Source: an uncultured Gammaproteobacteria bacterium
GTDB taxonomy: Bacteria > Patescibacteriota > Patescibacteriia > 2-12-FULL-57-11
Length of the DNA stretch: 64,000 nt
Assembly (NCBI GenBank): GCA_964648865.1
Contig: CAZYLV010000002.1
Coordinates: 79,272 to 143,271 of the forward strand
Direction of reading: 5' to 3'
Program-made: the position numbers and the translations under genes
Notes under the pieces: model-generated
Database searches by the model: none
What the model was told of the DNA's origin: nothing
Seen by the model: the letters and a program-made list of their open reading frames with translations, nothing else
Shown here: positions 17,248 through 26,753 of the stretch, one piece after another
Layout: every line of letters starts with the position of its first letter
How positions within the stretch are numbered: the first letter of the stretch is position 1

Positions 17248-19262
17248 AGATCGCGCTCTTGGGCGGGCTGTACCCGCCGCACGGCGGCGGCGCCGAGCGC
17301 GCCACGGAGCTCCTGGCGCGCGGCTTGGTCGCGCTCGGGCACGAGGTCCATGTGCTGACCACGGCCCGCGAGGCCGTGACGGAGACGCGCGACGGCGTCG
17401 TGGTGCATCGCCTCGCGCCGCGGCATGCCTGGATCGGCGACGTCTTTTCCCGACCGTTCGCGGAACGGGCGCGGTGGAACGTCGCGGAACTGCTCGACCG
17501 TCGCATGACCGCGGCGATCGTGCGTGAGCTCGAGCGGCTCGCGCCCGCGCTGGTCATCACTTCCAACCTGAAGGGGCTCGGCGGAGCGCTGCCGGCCGCG
17601 CTCGGCCGCCTGCCGTGGCCGTACGTCCACGTCGCCCATGATTTCGAGCCCGTCGAACCGATGCTGCTCGGCGTCCATGACCGCGCCGACCGGGTGCGCA
17701 ACCGCGCCTGGGCCGCGCTCTCGCGCCGGCGCTGGGGCGCGCCGGATGCTGTCGTCTACCCGAGCGCCTGGCTGCAGCACTTGCTCGCGACGCATCGCGT
17801 GTTCGCGGGCAGCCGGCAGGCGGTGATCCCCAATGCGGTGGATGTGTCCGGTGTAGGGGCGTATGGCAATACGCCCCTACCGAATGGACCGTTCCGCCTG
17901 CTGTTCATCGGCCAGCTCGAGCCGCACAAAGGGGCGCTCTGGGCGGCCGAGGCGCTGCGTTCCTGGGACGCGCCCTGGACGCTCGACGTCGTCGGCGAGG
18001 GGAGCGAGCGTGCCGCCATCGACGCCAAACGCGACGGCCGCATCCGCACGCACGGGCGGCTCGCCGGCGCCGCGCTCGAGGAGCGGTGGACCCAGGCCGA
18101 CGCGCTCATCGTCCCCTCGCGCTGCCTGGAGAACGCGCCGCTGGTGGTCTTTGAGGCCGCGGCACGGCGCGTCCCCGTGGTGGCCGCGGACGTCGGCGGC
18201 ATCCCGGAGTGGGTGCTGCCCGGAGAGAACGGCTGGCGGTTCGCCGCCGAGGACGGCAAGGCCTTCCGTTTCGCGCTGGCCACGGCCGCGGACCCGACGC
18301 GCCGCGCGGCGTTGCGCTGGCAGCAGCTGCCGCCGTTGCGCACGCCCGAGCAGTACGCACGGGAGATCTTGGCGCTCGCCCCGCAGGCGCCGACCGCACC
18401 GCCCGTGGCGCCGGCCCCCGGCATCCTCGACCTGCTGCCCGCAGACCTGTCCGGTTTCAAGAAAGACGAGGCGCATTACCACGACCACGCCACGCACGAC
18501 GCCGTGCACGTCCATCAGCTCAACGCCTTCCGCAACCGCTTCTATCACGCCCGCATCTTCCGGCATCTGCGTCCGGTGGCGCCGGACGGTTGGGTGCTGG
18601 AGCTCGCAGGCGGCAGCGGCGAGGACGGCGCCGATGCGGTGCGGCGCGGGCTGAAGGTGATCGAGACGGACATCTCCAAAGGCGCGGTCGAGGATGCGGT
18701 ACGGACGCTCTCCGCCGTGCCGGGCAGCGACGGCCGCTTCATCGCCGCGACCATGGACGCCGAGCGCATCCCGTTCCCGGAGGGGAGCGTCGCCGGCGCC
18801 TGGATGACGGCGAGCTTCCACCACGCCGAGGATCCCGCGGCCGTGCTGCGCGAGGTCCGTCGCGTGCTCGCGCCCGGCGCGCGGTTCGCCGCGGCCATCG
18901 AGCCGCATCGCCTGTACTTCGGGACGATCAACTTCTTCAAGCCCGCGCTCGACGCGTTGCTCGGCAGGCGTGCCGAGAAGTCCGTGGCCGACGAGGAGCA
19001 CAGCGGCTTCTGGCGCGGCGAACTGCGTGCGCATTTCGAGAAAGCCGGCTTCACCGACATCCGCGTCGAGCCGATGTGGTTCACGGCCGGCATCCTGCAT
19101 TACAAGCTCGAATTCCTCTCGCGCCTCTTCAAGACGGAACAGCGGCTGCGCGTGCCGTTGTGGATCGAGAAAGCGTGCGTGTACTTCGACGAGTTCGTCT
19201 TCCGTCTGCCGGGCGGCGTGTATCTCGCCTGGCACTGGACGGCGTCGGGCAGGAAACCCTAG
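17244..19262 (+). CDS. Bifunctional GT4 glycosyltransferase fused to a C-terminal class I SAM-dependent methyltransferase
   Basis: The GT4 half contains FEAAARRVPVVAADVGGIPE. The methyltransferase half contains VLELAGGSGEDG (motif I) and VLAPGARF (post-I). Confidence 0.75.
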   Translation: MKIALLGGLYPPHGGGAERATELLARGLVALGHEVHVLTTAREAVTETRDGVVVHRLAPRHAWIGDVFSRPFAERARWNVAELLDRRMTAAIVRELERLAPALVITSNLKGLGGALPAALGRLPWPYVHVAHDFEPVEPMLLGVHDRADRVRNRAWAALSRRRWGAPDAVVYPSAWLQHLLATHRVFAGSRQAVIPNAVDVSGVGAYGNTPLPNGPFRLLFIGQLEPHKGALWAAEALRSWDAPWTLDVVGEGSERAAIDAKRDGRIRTHGRLAGAALEERWTQADALIVPSRCLENAPLVVFEAAARRVPVVAADVGGIPEWVLPGENGWRFAAEDGKAFRFALATAADPTRRAALRWQQLPPLRTPEQYAREILALAPQAPTAPPVAPAPGILDLLPADLSGFKKDEAHYHDHATHDAVHVHQLNAFRNRFYHARIFRHLRPVAPDGWVLELAGGSGEDGADAVRRGLKVIETDISKGAVEDAVRTLSAVPGSDGRFIAATMDAERIPFPEGSVAGAWMTASFHHAEDPAAVLREVRRVLAPGARFAAAIEPHRLYFGTINFFKPALDALLGRRAEKSVADEEHSGFWRGELRAHFEKAGFTDIRVEPMWFTAGILHYKLEFLSRLFKTEQRLRVPLWIEKACVYFDEFVFRLPGGVYLAWHWTASGRKP

Positions 19263-21325
19263 CGTCGATAGACGAACACCGTCACCGAATCGTCCACCTC
19301 GAACACGTCGTCCGCCTCCCGCATCGCCTCAGCCGCGATGCGGGCGCTGTCTTTCCAGAAGGCGTTGACGACGAAGTAGGCTTCCTCCACGACGTTCGCT
19401 TCCATGGCCCGTTGCGCGGTCGCACGGGTGGGCGCGGCGTTCATCTCGAGGAAGAGGGCGTTGAGCTCCGGCGCGCCTGACTCGTTGGCGTAGGCGAAGG
19501 GGATGCCGGGGAAGGAGACGAAGCCGTGCTCGCGGATGGCGGCAGCGGCGATGGTCTGGTCGGCCAGGACGATGTGCCGACGGCCTTCGGCGTGCGCCTC
19601 GATCCACTGCGCCGCGGCGACGGCGCCTGCGGAGACGGCGTACCCTTTGGATGGCTCGATGCGGTCGACGCGCGGGAAGGAGACGTAGGTCGTGGCCGCG
19701 ACCAGCGCCGCCAGCATGCCCGCGGATGCCAGGCGGCTCGCGACGTGGCGCGCCAGCCGCTCCCACAGGAAGACGAGTCCGGCCCCGGCCACCGGCAGCA
19801 GGACGACGGCGGCCAGTTCGACGAGCCGGGCGCGGAACGGGAAGGCCGCGGCACCGACGTCGCCGGCTTCCGGGAAGCGCAGGAATTGCAGGAGCAGGAA
19901 GGCGAGGATCAATCCGCTCGTGGCCGCCTGGAGGGAGCGGATGCCTGCGCGCCAAGCGGGCGGTGCGTTGCGGGCGGCGAACAGCATCCCGCCGACCAAT
20001 GCAATCGGGACCGTGGCACGCCAGAGGTAGGGAAGATCCAGGACGAGGTCGCCGGAGGGGGCGAACGGCGGCCAGCTCGCCGCGAGCGAGCGGAGCGCGT
20101 CGAAGGGGGCGAAGGTCCACGCGATCCTCATGCCGCCGACGAGCGCGTTGGCGATGAACGCGGCCGGGACGCCGAGGGCGGTCAGCGCGAACCCGGCCGT
20201 ACGGGCGAGGCGCTCGGGGAGACCGGGCTTCTTCCGTTCGGCGACGATGAGCAACAGCAGCCCGAGCGTGGGGATGCCGACCAGCGGATGCACGGCCAGC
20301 GCGGCCAGCGTCCCGGCGACGGCCGGTGCGAGCGGGAGCGCACCGGCGCGCCAGGCGATGCCGGCGCCGGCCACGAGCAGCGCAAAGAGGTAGGCCACGC
20401 CGGTCGGCGTGGTCGCGGCGTAGGCCCCGAAGGGCAGGAGCAGCGGCGCGAGCGCGGCCAGGCGGTGGCCGGCCTTGGCGGTCATGCCGCGCGCGGTCCA
20501 GGCGCACACCAGCGGCGCGAGGATGGCGAAGCCGAGCGGCACGGCCAGGCGATCGAGCGGGATGTGCGGCAGGAGCGTGACGCGGGAGAGCAGGGTCACC
20601 AGCGCGTACTGGCCGATGTAGTACGGCGTCTTGGGCTCGACGACGCCCTCGCGCAGGATGATGCCCTCGGCCGCCTGGTGGACGAACTGGTCGAAGCCGT
20701 ACCCGATGCCGTAGACGGCGAGCGCAGGGGAGGCCGCCACGAACGCCAGGAGGATGGCGGCCGGCAGGGCGGCGCGCGTCTTGCCGCGCACCAGCAGGGC
20801 GACAAGCGGCAGCCCGGCGGCCGCAAGCAGCGTGAAGAACGCCGGGGAGACCGTCTGCCACGGCGACGAGACGGCGGTGAGCGTCCGGCCGGCAGCGAGG
20901 ACGCCCATGGCGGCCAGAAGCACGGCGCCCGCCAGGCCGACGAGCGCGACGTCCATGAGCGGCGGCGCGGGGCTCCGGATGATGCGGAAGACGGGCACGA
21001 CCTGCGTCCGCCAGGCGAGCACGGCGGCCAGCGCCGCCGTGCCGACCCAGAGCACCATGCAGGAGACCGGCGAGAGGTCGACCGCCGCGTAGAGCCCGGC
21101 TCCGGCGACCATGAACCAGCACAGCAGCAGGAAGGTCCCGCCGAGGTGCTGGTCGAGCAGGCCGCGGCCCCGGAAGAAGATCGCCCCCAACGCCGCCGCC
21201 TCGAGCAGCAGGAGCGCCGCTGCCGAGACCGCGGCCAGGACCGGGACATCAAGAAAAACCGCGAGCAGGTTCGCGGCTAGGAGGGCAAAAACGGCCGTGC
21301 TATAGTGCCTCGGTACCAATTGCAT
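19259..21325 (-). CDS. Large polytopic membrane protein (~689 aa, 14 or more predicted TM helices) with a C-terminal soluble domain. Candidate GT-C-fold glycosyltransferase or polymerase.
   Basis: Long hydrophobic stretches across the N-terminal ~520 aa and a hydrophilic C-terminal ~170 aa. The opposite-strand ORF 19526..21280 is Arg/Gly/Glu-rich and was rejected. Confidence 0.6.
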   Translation of the reverse strand: MQLVPRHYSTAVFALLAANLLAVFLDVPVLAAVSAAALLLLEAAALGAIFFRGRGLLDQHLGGTFLLLCWFMVAGAGLYAAVDLSPVSCMVLWVGTAALAAVLAWRTQVVPVFRIIRSPAPPLMDVALVGLAGAVLLAAMGVLAAGRTLTAVSSPWQTVSPAFFTLLAAAGLPLVALLVRGKTRAALPAAILLAFVAASPALAVYGIGYGFDQFVHQAAEGIILREGVVEPKTPYYIGQYALVTLLSRVTLLPHIPLDRLAVPLGFAILAPLVCAWTARGMTAKAGHRLAALAPLLLPFGAYAATTPTGVAYLFALLVAGAGIAWRAGALPLAPAVAGTLAALAVHPLVGIPTLGLLLLIVAERKKPGLPERLARTAGFALTALGVPAAFIANALVGGMRIAWTFAPFDALRSLAASWPPFAPSGDLVLDLPYLWRATVPIALVGGMLFAARNAPPAWRAGIRSLQAATSGLILAFLLLQFLRFPEAGDVGAAAFPFRARLVELAAVVLLPVAGAGLVFLWERLARHVASRLASAGMLAALVAATTYVSFPRVDRIEPSKGYAVSAGAVAAAQWIEAHAEGRRHIVLADQTIAAAAIREHGFVSFPGIPFAYANESGAPELNALFLEMNAAPTRATAQRAMEANVVEEAYFVVNAFWKDSARIAAEAMREADDVFEVDDSVTVFVYRR

Positions 21326-21349
21326 GGGGGCATCATAGCACGGCCGGAT

Positions 21350-21922
21350 ATGCGCGACCCCGCGATCCCGTACCCGCACGACCGGTTGCTGGCGGCGACC
21401 CTGCTGCGGCTCATCCCGCGCTGGGTCCAGCCCAACCACATCACCATCCTGCGCTTCCTGGCGACGCCCTTCGTCGTCTGGCTTGTCGCCGCCGGACATC
21501 TCTACGAGGGCATCGTCGCCTTCGTCGTCGTGGCCTCCACGGACGCCATCGACGGGGCCATGGCGCGCACCCGCAAGCAGATCACCGAGTGGGGGACGCT
21601 CATGGACCCGCTCGCCGACAAGCTGCTCATCGGCGCCATGGTCGTGGTCATCGTCTTCGAGCACGTCAATCCGATCCTCGGCGTCACCATCATCTCCCTC
21701 GAGGCGCTGATGCTCGTCGGCGGTTACATCCGCCTGCGGCGCGGCATCGTGAAACCCGCCAACACCTGGGGCAAGATCAAGATGATCCTGCAGTGCGCCG
21801 GCGTCCTGCTGCTGCTCGTCGCCGTGGCCACCGGCATCGACCTGTTCATCCCGGTGTCCGGTGCCGTCTTCGCGCTGGCGTTGGTCTTCGCCCTGGTCTC
21901 GCTGCTGACCCACGGCATATGA
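21350..21922 (+). CDS. CDP-alcohol phosphatidyltransferase family protein
   Basis: DAIDGAMAR...G...DPLADK matches D-G-x2-A-R-x8-G-x3-D-x3-D. Possible starts are 21305 or 21350. Confidence 0.75.
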   Translation: MRDPAIPYPHDRLLAATLLRLIPRWVQPNHITILRFLATPFVVWLVAAGHLYEGIVAFVVVASTDAIDGAMARTRKQITEWGTLMDPLADKLLIGAMVVVIVFEHVNPILGVTIISLEALMLVGGYIRLRRGIVKPANTWGKIKMILQCAGVLLLLVAVATGIDLFIPVSGAVFALALVFALVSLLTHGI

Positions 21923-23517
21923 GGCGTCTGTTGCTCGCCGCCGCGGCGTCCTTTTTGGTATCGACCTCGCTCCTCGCCTGGCAGAACGTCGCGCAGGCGC
22001 CATGGCGTTTCGATTGGCCGGATGAGACCGGCACCGCCTTCTTCCTGCGCCGCGCCGCCGCGGGACGCCCGCTGGCCGCGCCGGACCCGGACATCGCCGT
22101 GCTGGAGCGGCGGCTGCATCCGCGCAGCGTCAACGTGCTCGGCTCGTCGCTCGTGCCCGCCGGCTTCCTCGGGTTACCCATCCTCGGCGGCGCGGTCGGC
22201 CGCGTCCTGGGCCCTGGAGCGGCGCTCTTCCTGACTCCGCTGCTCGCCGCCGCCGCGGCGTTGGCCCTGGCGCGGGCCTTGCGCGGACCGCTCTCGGCGC
22301 GGCACGCGACGTTCTCGGCCGTGCTCTTCCTCGCGCACCCGGCGACGCTCTACTTCTCGAGCTTCTCGTTGCTGCCGAACGTCCCGTTCCTCTCCCTGCT
22401 CGTCCTGGGCGCTTCCGGCGCGGCGATCGCGCGCGACGCCCGCCGCTTCGCCGTCCCGCTCTCCGTGGCCGCGGGCATCGCCGCCGGCCTGGCCTTTGCC
22501 GTCCGTCTCTCCGAGGCCGTCTGGGCGGTACCGCCGCTCGCGGTCCTCCTCGTCTGGGCCTACCGCAAGCGCCCCCGCTCCGGGCTGGCGTGGGCCGCAG
22601 GCGCGGGCCTGGCGCTCCTGCCGTTCGTCTTCCTGCAACAGGCGCTCTACGGGTCGCCGCTGGCCGGATACGCGCGGCTCGGCGTCGACGGCGCGGTCCT
22701 GCCCACGGAGGCGGTCGGCGGCGCCTGGACGTTCCTGTTGCCGTTCGGCGTCCACCCGTGGCACGCGGCGGTGCGATTCTGGGACAGCTTCCTGCTGCCG
22801 TTCTGGTGGTACGCCCTGCCGGCGCTGGTCGGCCTGGCGCTGGCAGGCCATGCGGCCTGGGCCGAGCCGGTGCGCTCCCGCCGGATGTCCGCACGCGTCG
22901 CGCTCGCGGGCGGCTTGCTGGTCGCCGGTTATCTCGTGCTGCTCTACGGCTCGTGGGTCTTCGCGGATCCGCTGACGCTGCTGCTCAATACCGTCGGCCG
23001 TTCCTACGTGCGCTACTGGCTGCCGATCGCCCTGCTGATGGGCGTGGCTGCGGCGGCGCCGTTGGCGCGGCTCGAGGGCTTCCCGGAGCTGCGCGTGCGC
23101 ATCGTCGGCCGCCTGCTGCTCGGGGGCATGATCGCGGCCTCGGCGCTCACGGCCTTCGTCCTGCCGCGCGAGAGCGTGCTTGCGGTGCGCGGCCGCATCG
23201 CCGAGTACAAGCGCATGGCCGCCGCGGCCGAGGCGGTCGTGCCGGAGGACGGCATCATCCTCACCGAGCGGCTGGACAAGGTCTTTTTCCCGGAACGGCG
23301 CGTCATCGCGCTCGAGGGCAAGGTGGGGGACGATCGTCAGGCCGTGGAGCTGGTGGCCGCGCATGCCGAGGAGTACCGCTTCTACTTCGCGGACGCGCTT
23401 TCGGAAGACGAGGACATCGCCGCGCGGTCGGAGTTCTTGAAGCGCCGGATCCAAGCCACCGAGGTCGCCCGCCTGCGCGACGACGTCCGGTTGTACGCGT
23501 TGACCCCGCTCGAATGA
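21919..23517 (+). CDS. Polytopic membrane protein (~532 aa) with a C-terminal soluble domain. Candidate GT-C (ArnT/PMT-like) glycosyltransferase.
   Basis: About 11 hydrophobic helices, then a charged C-terminal ~130 aa. It lies in the same operon as the CDP-alcohol transferase. Confidence 0.5.
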   Translation: MRRLLLAAAASFLVSTSLLAWQNVAQAPWRFDWPDETGTAFFLRRAAAGRPLAAPDPDIAVLERRLHPRSVNVLGSSLVPAGFLGLPILGGAVGRVLGPGAALFLTPLLAAAAALALARALRGPLSARHATFSAVLFLAHPATLYFSSFSLLPNVPFLSLLVLGASGAAIARDARRFAVPLSVAAGIAAGLAFAVRLSEAVWAVPPLAVLLVWAYRKRPRSGLAWAAGAGLALLPFVFLQQALYGSPLAGYARLGVDGAVLPTEAVGGAWTFLLPFGVHPWHAAVRFWDSFLLPFWWYALPALVGLALAGHAAWAEPVRSRRMSARVALAGGLLVAGYLVLLYGSWVFADPLTLLLNTVGRSYVRYWLPIALLMGVAAAAPLARLEGFPELRVRIVGRLLLGGMIAASALTAFVLPRESVLAVRGRIAEYKRMAAAAEAVVPEDGIILTERLDKVFFPERRVIALEGKVGDDRQAVELVAAHAEEYRFYFADALSEDEDIAARSEFLKRRIQATEVARLRDDVRLYALTPLE

Positions 23518-24011
23518 CCTCCCGCACCCAGGCCATAGCCGGCATCGCCTTCAGTGCCGTTGCCCTGCTCGGCCTGCTTGCCGCGGACGGGTTCTTCTCC
23601 CGGACGTGGACGCTTCGGCACCCCATCACGGGCGGCACGTCGCAGCTCTCGCCCTTCGGCCCGCCGACCCGGCTCGCCGGCCGCACGGTGGTGGCCGAAC
23701 CGCTGTACGTGGACGCGCGCATCCCGGTCTTCTTCCGTCGCGTCTCGGTTGAGGCGCGGCTGCTGAACTCCGCGTACGACCCGAGCATGGCGCGCATCGC
23801 CATCGAGCTCCCGGGCGGCGGCCTCCATTTCCTGCCGACGACCGTCGAGGTCTCTCCGATCGACGCCGGCTTCGTCCTTCGGGCCGAGGGCGACATCGCC
23901 GACCTTCCCGTCGAGGCGCGGCGCTTCCGTTTCCTGCTGTCCGTGCCGGGCGTGACGTCGGAGCGGCCGCTGACGCTCGACTCCTTCACCGTCACCGCAG
24001 CGCGGCTATGA
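23514..24011 (+). CDS. Hypothetical membrane-anchored protein
   Basis: N-terminal TM helix and no recognisable motifs. Its start overlaps the upstream stop codon. Confidence 0.4.
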   Translation: MTSRTQAIAGIAFSAVALLGLLAADGFFSRTWTLRHPITGGTSQLSPFGPPTRLAGRTVVAEPLYVDARIPVFFRRVSVEARLLNSAYDPSMARIAIELPGGGLHFLPTTVEVSPIDAGFVLRAEGDIADLPVEARRFRFLLSVPGVTSERPLTLDSFTVTAARL

Positions 24012-24331
24012 CCTTCCTGACCGTCGCCACCTGGCTCGTCGTGACCATCACGCTGCTTGAGGTCGTCGACCCCGGCATCTTCTCCACGGCGCTGCCGCTG
24101 CCTGTGTTGTGGGTGGCGCTGCTCGCGTCGTGGCTGGTGCATGGGCGGAAGGCGGAGCGGGGGAGACCCACCCCTCCGCCGGTACGCATCGCCTTGACCG
24201 TGGGGGTCGGGCTCTCTACCATTGCGATTGCCGTCCTCCTCGCTTCCGGGGCGCCGTACGCCCTGCCTGCCGCGCTCGCGGCCGGGGCTGCCGCGGCCGC
24301 CGTCTGTCGGACGCTCATGGAGTCGAGCTGA
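24008..24331 (+). CDS. Hypothetical small membrane protein (three TM helices)
   Basis: Hydrophobic 107-aa ORF in an operonic position. Confidence 0.4.
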   Translation: MTFLTVATWLVVTITLLEVVDPGIFSTALPLPVLWVALLASWLVHGRKAERGRPTPPPVRIALTVGVGLSTIAIAVLLASGAPYALPAALAAGAAAAAVCRTLMESS

Positions 24332-24343
24332 GCCCGAAGGAGC

Positions 24344-24679
24344 ATGCCTATGCCGACCACCCGCTACGACAAGATCGTCCGCGACCGCATCCCCGAGCTC
24401 ATCGCGGCCAAGGGAGGCTCGCCCGTCTCCCGCGTCCTGGCGCCGGATGACTTCGCCCGGCTGCTGCGCGAGAAGCTCGTCGAGGAGGCGCGCGAGCTCG
24501 TCGGCGCCCAGACCTACGACGCGCTCGTGGCCGAGCTCGCCGACGTCTGCGAGGTCGTCGCGACGCTGCAGCGCATCCACGGGGTGAGCGATGAGACGCT
24601 CTCCGGGGTGCGTGCCGCCAAGGTCGCCGAGCGCGGCGGCTTCGACGGCCGCGTCTTCCTGGAATCCGTGACCGAATGA
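24344..24679 (+). CDS. MazG-like / phosphoribosyl-ATP-pyrophosphohydrolase-like nucleotide pyrophosphohydrolase
   Basis: The N-terminal YDKIVRDRIPELI motif is typical of the all-alpha NTP pyrophosphatase family. Confidence 0.6.
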   Translation: MPMPTTRYDKIVRDRIPELIAAKGGSPVSRVLAPDDFARLLREKLVEEARELVGAQTYDALVAELADVCEVVATLQRIHGVSDETLSGVRAAKVAERGGFDGRVFLESVTE

Positions 24680-25092
24680 CCATGGAGGGCTGCCTTTTTT
24701 GCATGATCGTGGCCGGGAGCGTCCCCGCGCAGAAGGTCTACGAGGACGGCGCGACCGTGGCCTTCCTGGACATCAAGCCGGTCAACCCCGGCCACACGCT
24801 GGTGGTGCCCAAGGCGCACAGCGTCGGCATCGCGGACGCTTCGGATGAGGCGCTCGCCGCCGTGATGCGTACGGTGAAGAAGATCGCGCCGGGCATCCTT
24901 GCCGCGGTCGGCTCGCAGGGATACAACCTCGGCGTCAACCAAGGCGCGGTCGCCGGCCAGCTCGTCATGCATCTCCATTTCCACCTCATGCCGCGGTTCC
25001 CGACCGACGGCCACGCGCTCTGGCACGGCACCGTGCGCTCGCCGGAGGAGCTCACCGCGGTCGCCGAGAAGATCCGCGCCGCGCTTGCCTGA
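24676..25092 (+). CDS. HIT (histidine triad) family nucleotide hydrolase/transferase
   Basis: CLFC and HLHFHLMPR (HxHxHxx) motifs. Confidence 0.8.
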   Translation: MTMEGCLFCMIVAGSVPAQKVYEDGATVAFLDIKPVNPGHTLVVPKAHSVGIADASDEALAAVMRTVKKIAPGILAAVGSQGYNLGVNQGAVAGQLVMHLHFHLMPRFPTDGHALWHGTVRSPEELTAVAEKIRAALA

Positions 25093-25093
25093 T

Positions 25094-26122
25094 ATGAAGC
25101 TGCTCGTCACGGGCGGTGCGGGCTTCATGGGTTCGGCCTTCGTCCGCCGGATGCTCTTGGCGCACGAGGACGTCGCGATCGTCACCTACGACGCGCTGAC
25201 CTACGCCGGCAACCTCGAGAACCTGCGCGCCGTGGAGGGGGACCCGCGCCACCGTTTCGTGAAGGGCGACATCCTCGACGCGGCCCGGGTGGCCGCCGCG
25301 CTTGACGGCGTCGATGCCGTCGCCCACTTCGCGGCCGAATCGCACGTCGACCGCTCGGTGCTCGACCCGCAGGCCTTCTTCCGCACCAACGTGCTGGGCA
25401 CGCAGACGCTCATCCAGGCCTGCCGCGCCGCGGGCGTGCGGCGCTTCCACCATGTCTCGACCGATGAGGTCTACGGCGACCTGGGGCTCGACGAGGACCG
25501 CGCCTTCCGGGAGGGCGACATGCTCGATCCGCGCTCGGCCTATGCCGCGTCCAAGGCGGGCTCTGACCATGTGGTCCTGGCCTACGCCCATTCCTTCGGC
25601 ATGGAGGTCACGGTGAGCCGCAGCTGCAACAATTACGGGCCGTATCAGTTCCCGGAGAAGCTCATCCCGCTCTTCATCACAAACGCGCTCGAGGACAAGC
25701 CGCTGCCGCTCTTCCGGAGCAGCCGCAACCGTCGCGAGTGGATCCATGCCGACGACCACGCCGCGGCGGTCGCGCTCATCCTGCGGGGCGGGAAGCACGG
25801 CCGGATCTACAACATCGGCACCGGCGTGGAGCGGTCGATCGAGGACATCGCCGACGCCGTCCTGGCGGCGCTTGACAAGCCCTCCTCGCTCAAGACCTAC
25901 GTCCCGGACCGGCCCGGTCACGACCGCCGCTACGCGGTGGACTCCTCCACGCTGCGGCGCGAGCTCGGCTGGGCACCGACGGTGGCCTTCGAAGACGGGC
26001 TCGCCGCGACCATCACCTGGTACAAGGACCATCCGGAGTGGTGGCGCGACGTGAAGTCCGGCGCCTACCAAGCGTATTACGAGCGCTACTACACGGAGAC
26101 GCTCGGCACGCAGACGCCATGA
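25094..26122 (+). CDS. rfbB: dTDP-glucose 4,6-dehydratase
   Basis: LVTGGAGFMGS, YAASKAGSD, and overall RmlB-like architecture. Confidence 0.85.
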   Translation: MKLLVTGGAGFMGSAFVRRMLLAHEDVAIVTYDALTYAGNLENLRAVEGDPRHRFVKGDILDAARVAAALDGVDAVAHFAAESHVDRSVLDPQAFFRTNVLGTQTLIQACRAAGVRRFHHVSTDEVYGDLGLDEDRAFREGDMLDPRSAYAASKAGSDHVVLAYAHSFGMEVTVSRSCNNYGPYQFPEKLIPLFITNALEDKPLPLFRSSRNRREWIHADDHAAAVALILRGGKHGRIYNIGTGVERSIEDIADAVLAALDKPSSLKTYVPDRPGHDRRYAVDSSTLRRELGWAPTVAFEDGLAATITWYKDHPEWWRDVKSGAYQAYYERYYTETLGTQTP

Positions 26123-26682
26123 CGACCATCGAGACCGGCATCCCAGGGCTCGTGCTGCTCGAGCCGACGGTGTTCACCGACGAGCGGGGATCGTTCTTCG
26201 AGGCGTTCAACGCCACGGCGTTCGCGGCGCTCGGCGCGCCCACGGACGTCGTGCAGATCAACCAGAACCGCTCCAAGAAGGGCGTGCTGCGCGGGTTGCA
26301 CTTCCAGGCGCCGCCGCACGGCCAGTCCAAGCTGGTACGCTGCATCCGCGGCGCGCTCTACGACGTCGCCGTGGACATCCGCCGCGGCTCGCCGACCTAC
26401 GGGAAGTGGTTCGGCGCCGAGCTGACCGAGGAGAACCGACGCACGCTGGCCATCCCGAGCGGGTTCGCGCACGGCTTCTGTGCGCTCACCGACGGTTGCG
26501 AGATGCTCTACGTGGTCGGCCACGCCGGGTACGCCAAGGAGGCCGAAGGCGGCCTGCGCTTCGACGACCCGGCGCTCGGCATCGCGTGGCCCGTGCCGGC
26601 GGGGGAGGCGCCGCTCGTCAACGTGCGCGACCGCGCCTGGCCGACGCTCGACGCCCTGGAGTCGCCGTTCGTCTTTTCCTGA
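26119..26682 (+). CDS. rfbC: dTDP-4-dehydrorhamnose 3,5-epimerase
   Basis: RmlC cupin motifs FFEAFN, RGLHFQ and KLVRCIRG. Confidence 0.85.
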   Translation: MTTIETGIPGLVLLEPTVFTDERGSFFEAFNATAFAALGAPTDVVQINQNRSKKGVLRGLHFQAPPHGQSKLVRCIRGALYDVAVDIRRGSPTYGKWFGAELTEENRRTLAIPSGFAHGFCALTDGCEMLYVVGHAGYAKEAEGGLRFDDPALGIAWPVPAGEAPLVNVRDRAWPTLDALESPFVFS

Positions 26683-26753
26683 GGGGCTGGACACGCCGCG
26701 GAATGTCGCGTAGGTTCCTCCGCGAGTCCAGCTCAGCTGGGCGAGGAGGAACC

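Noticed and set aside
19526-21280. A 584-aa plus-strand ORF opposite the large membrane protein
   Set aside because: It is extremely Arg/Gly/Glu/Asp-rich with no hydrophobic core. The minus-strand frame encodes a coherent polytopic membrane protein with a defined start at 21325 that abuts a divergent gene.
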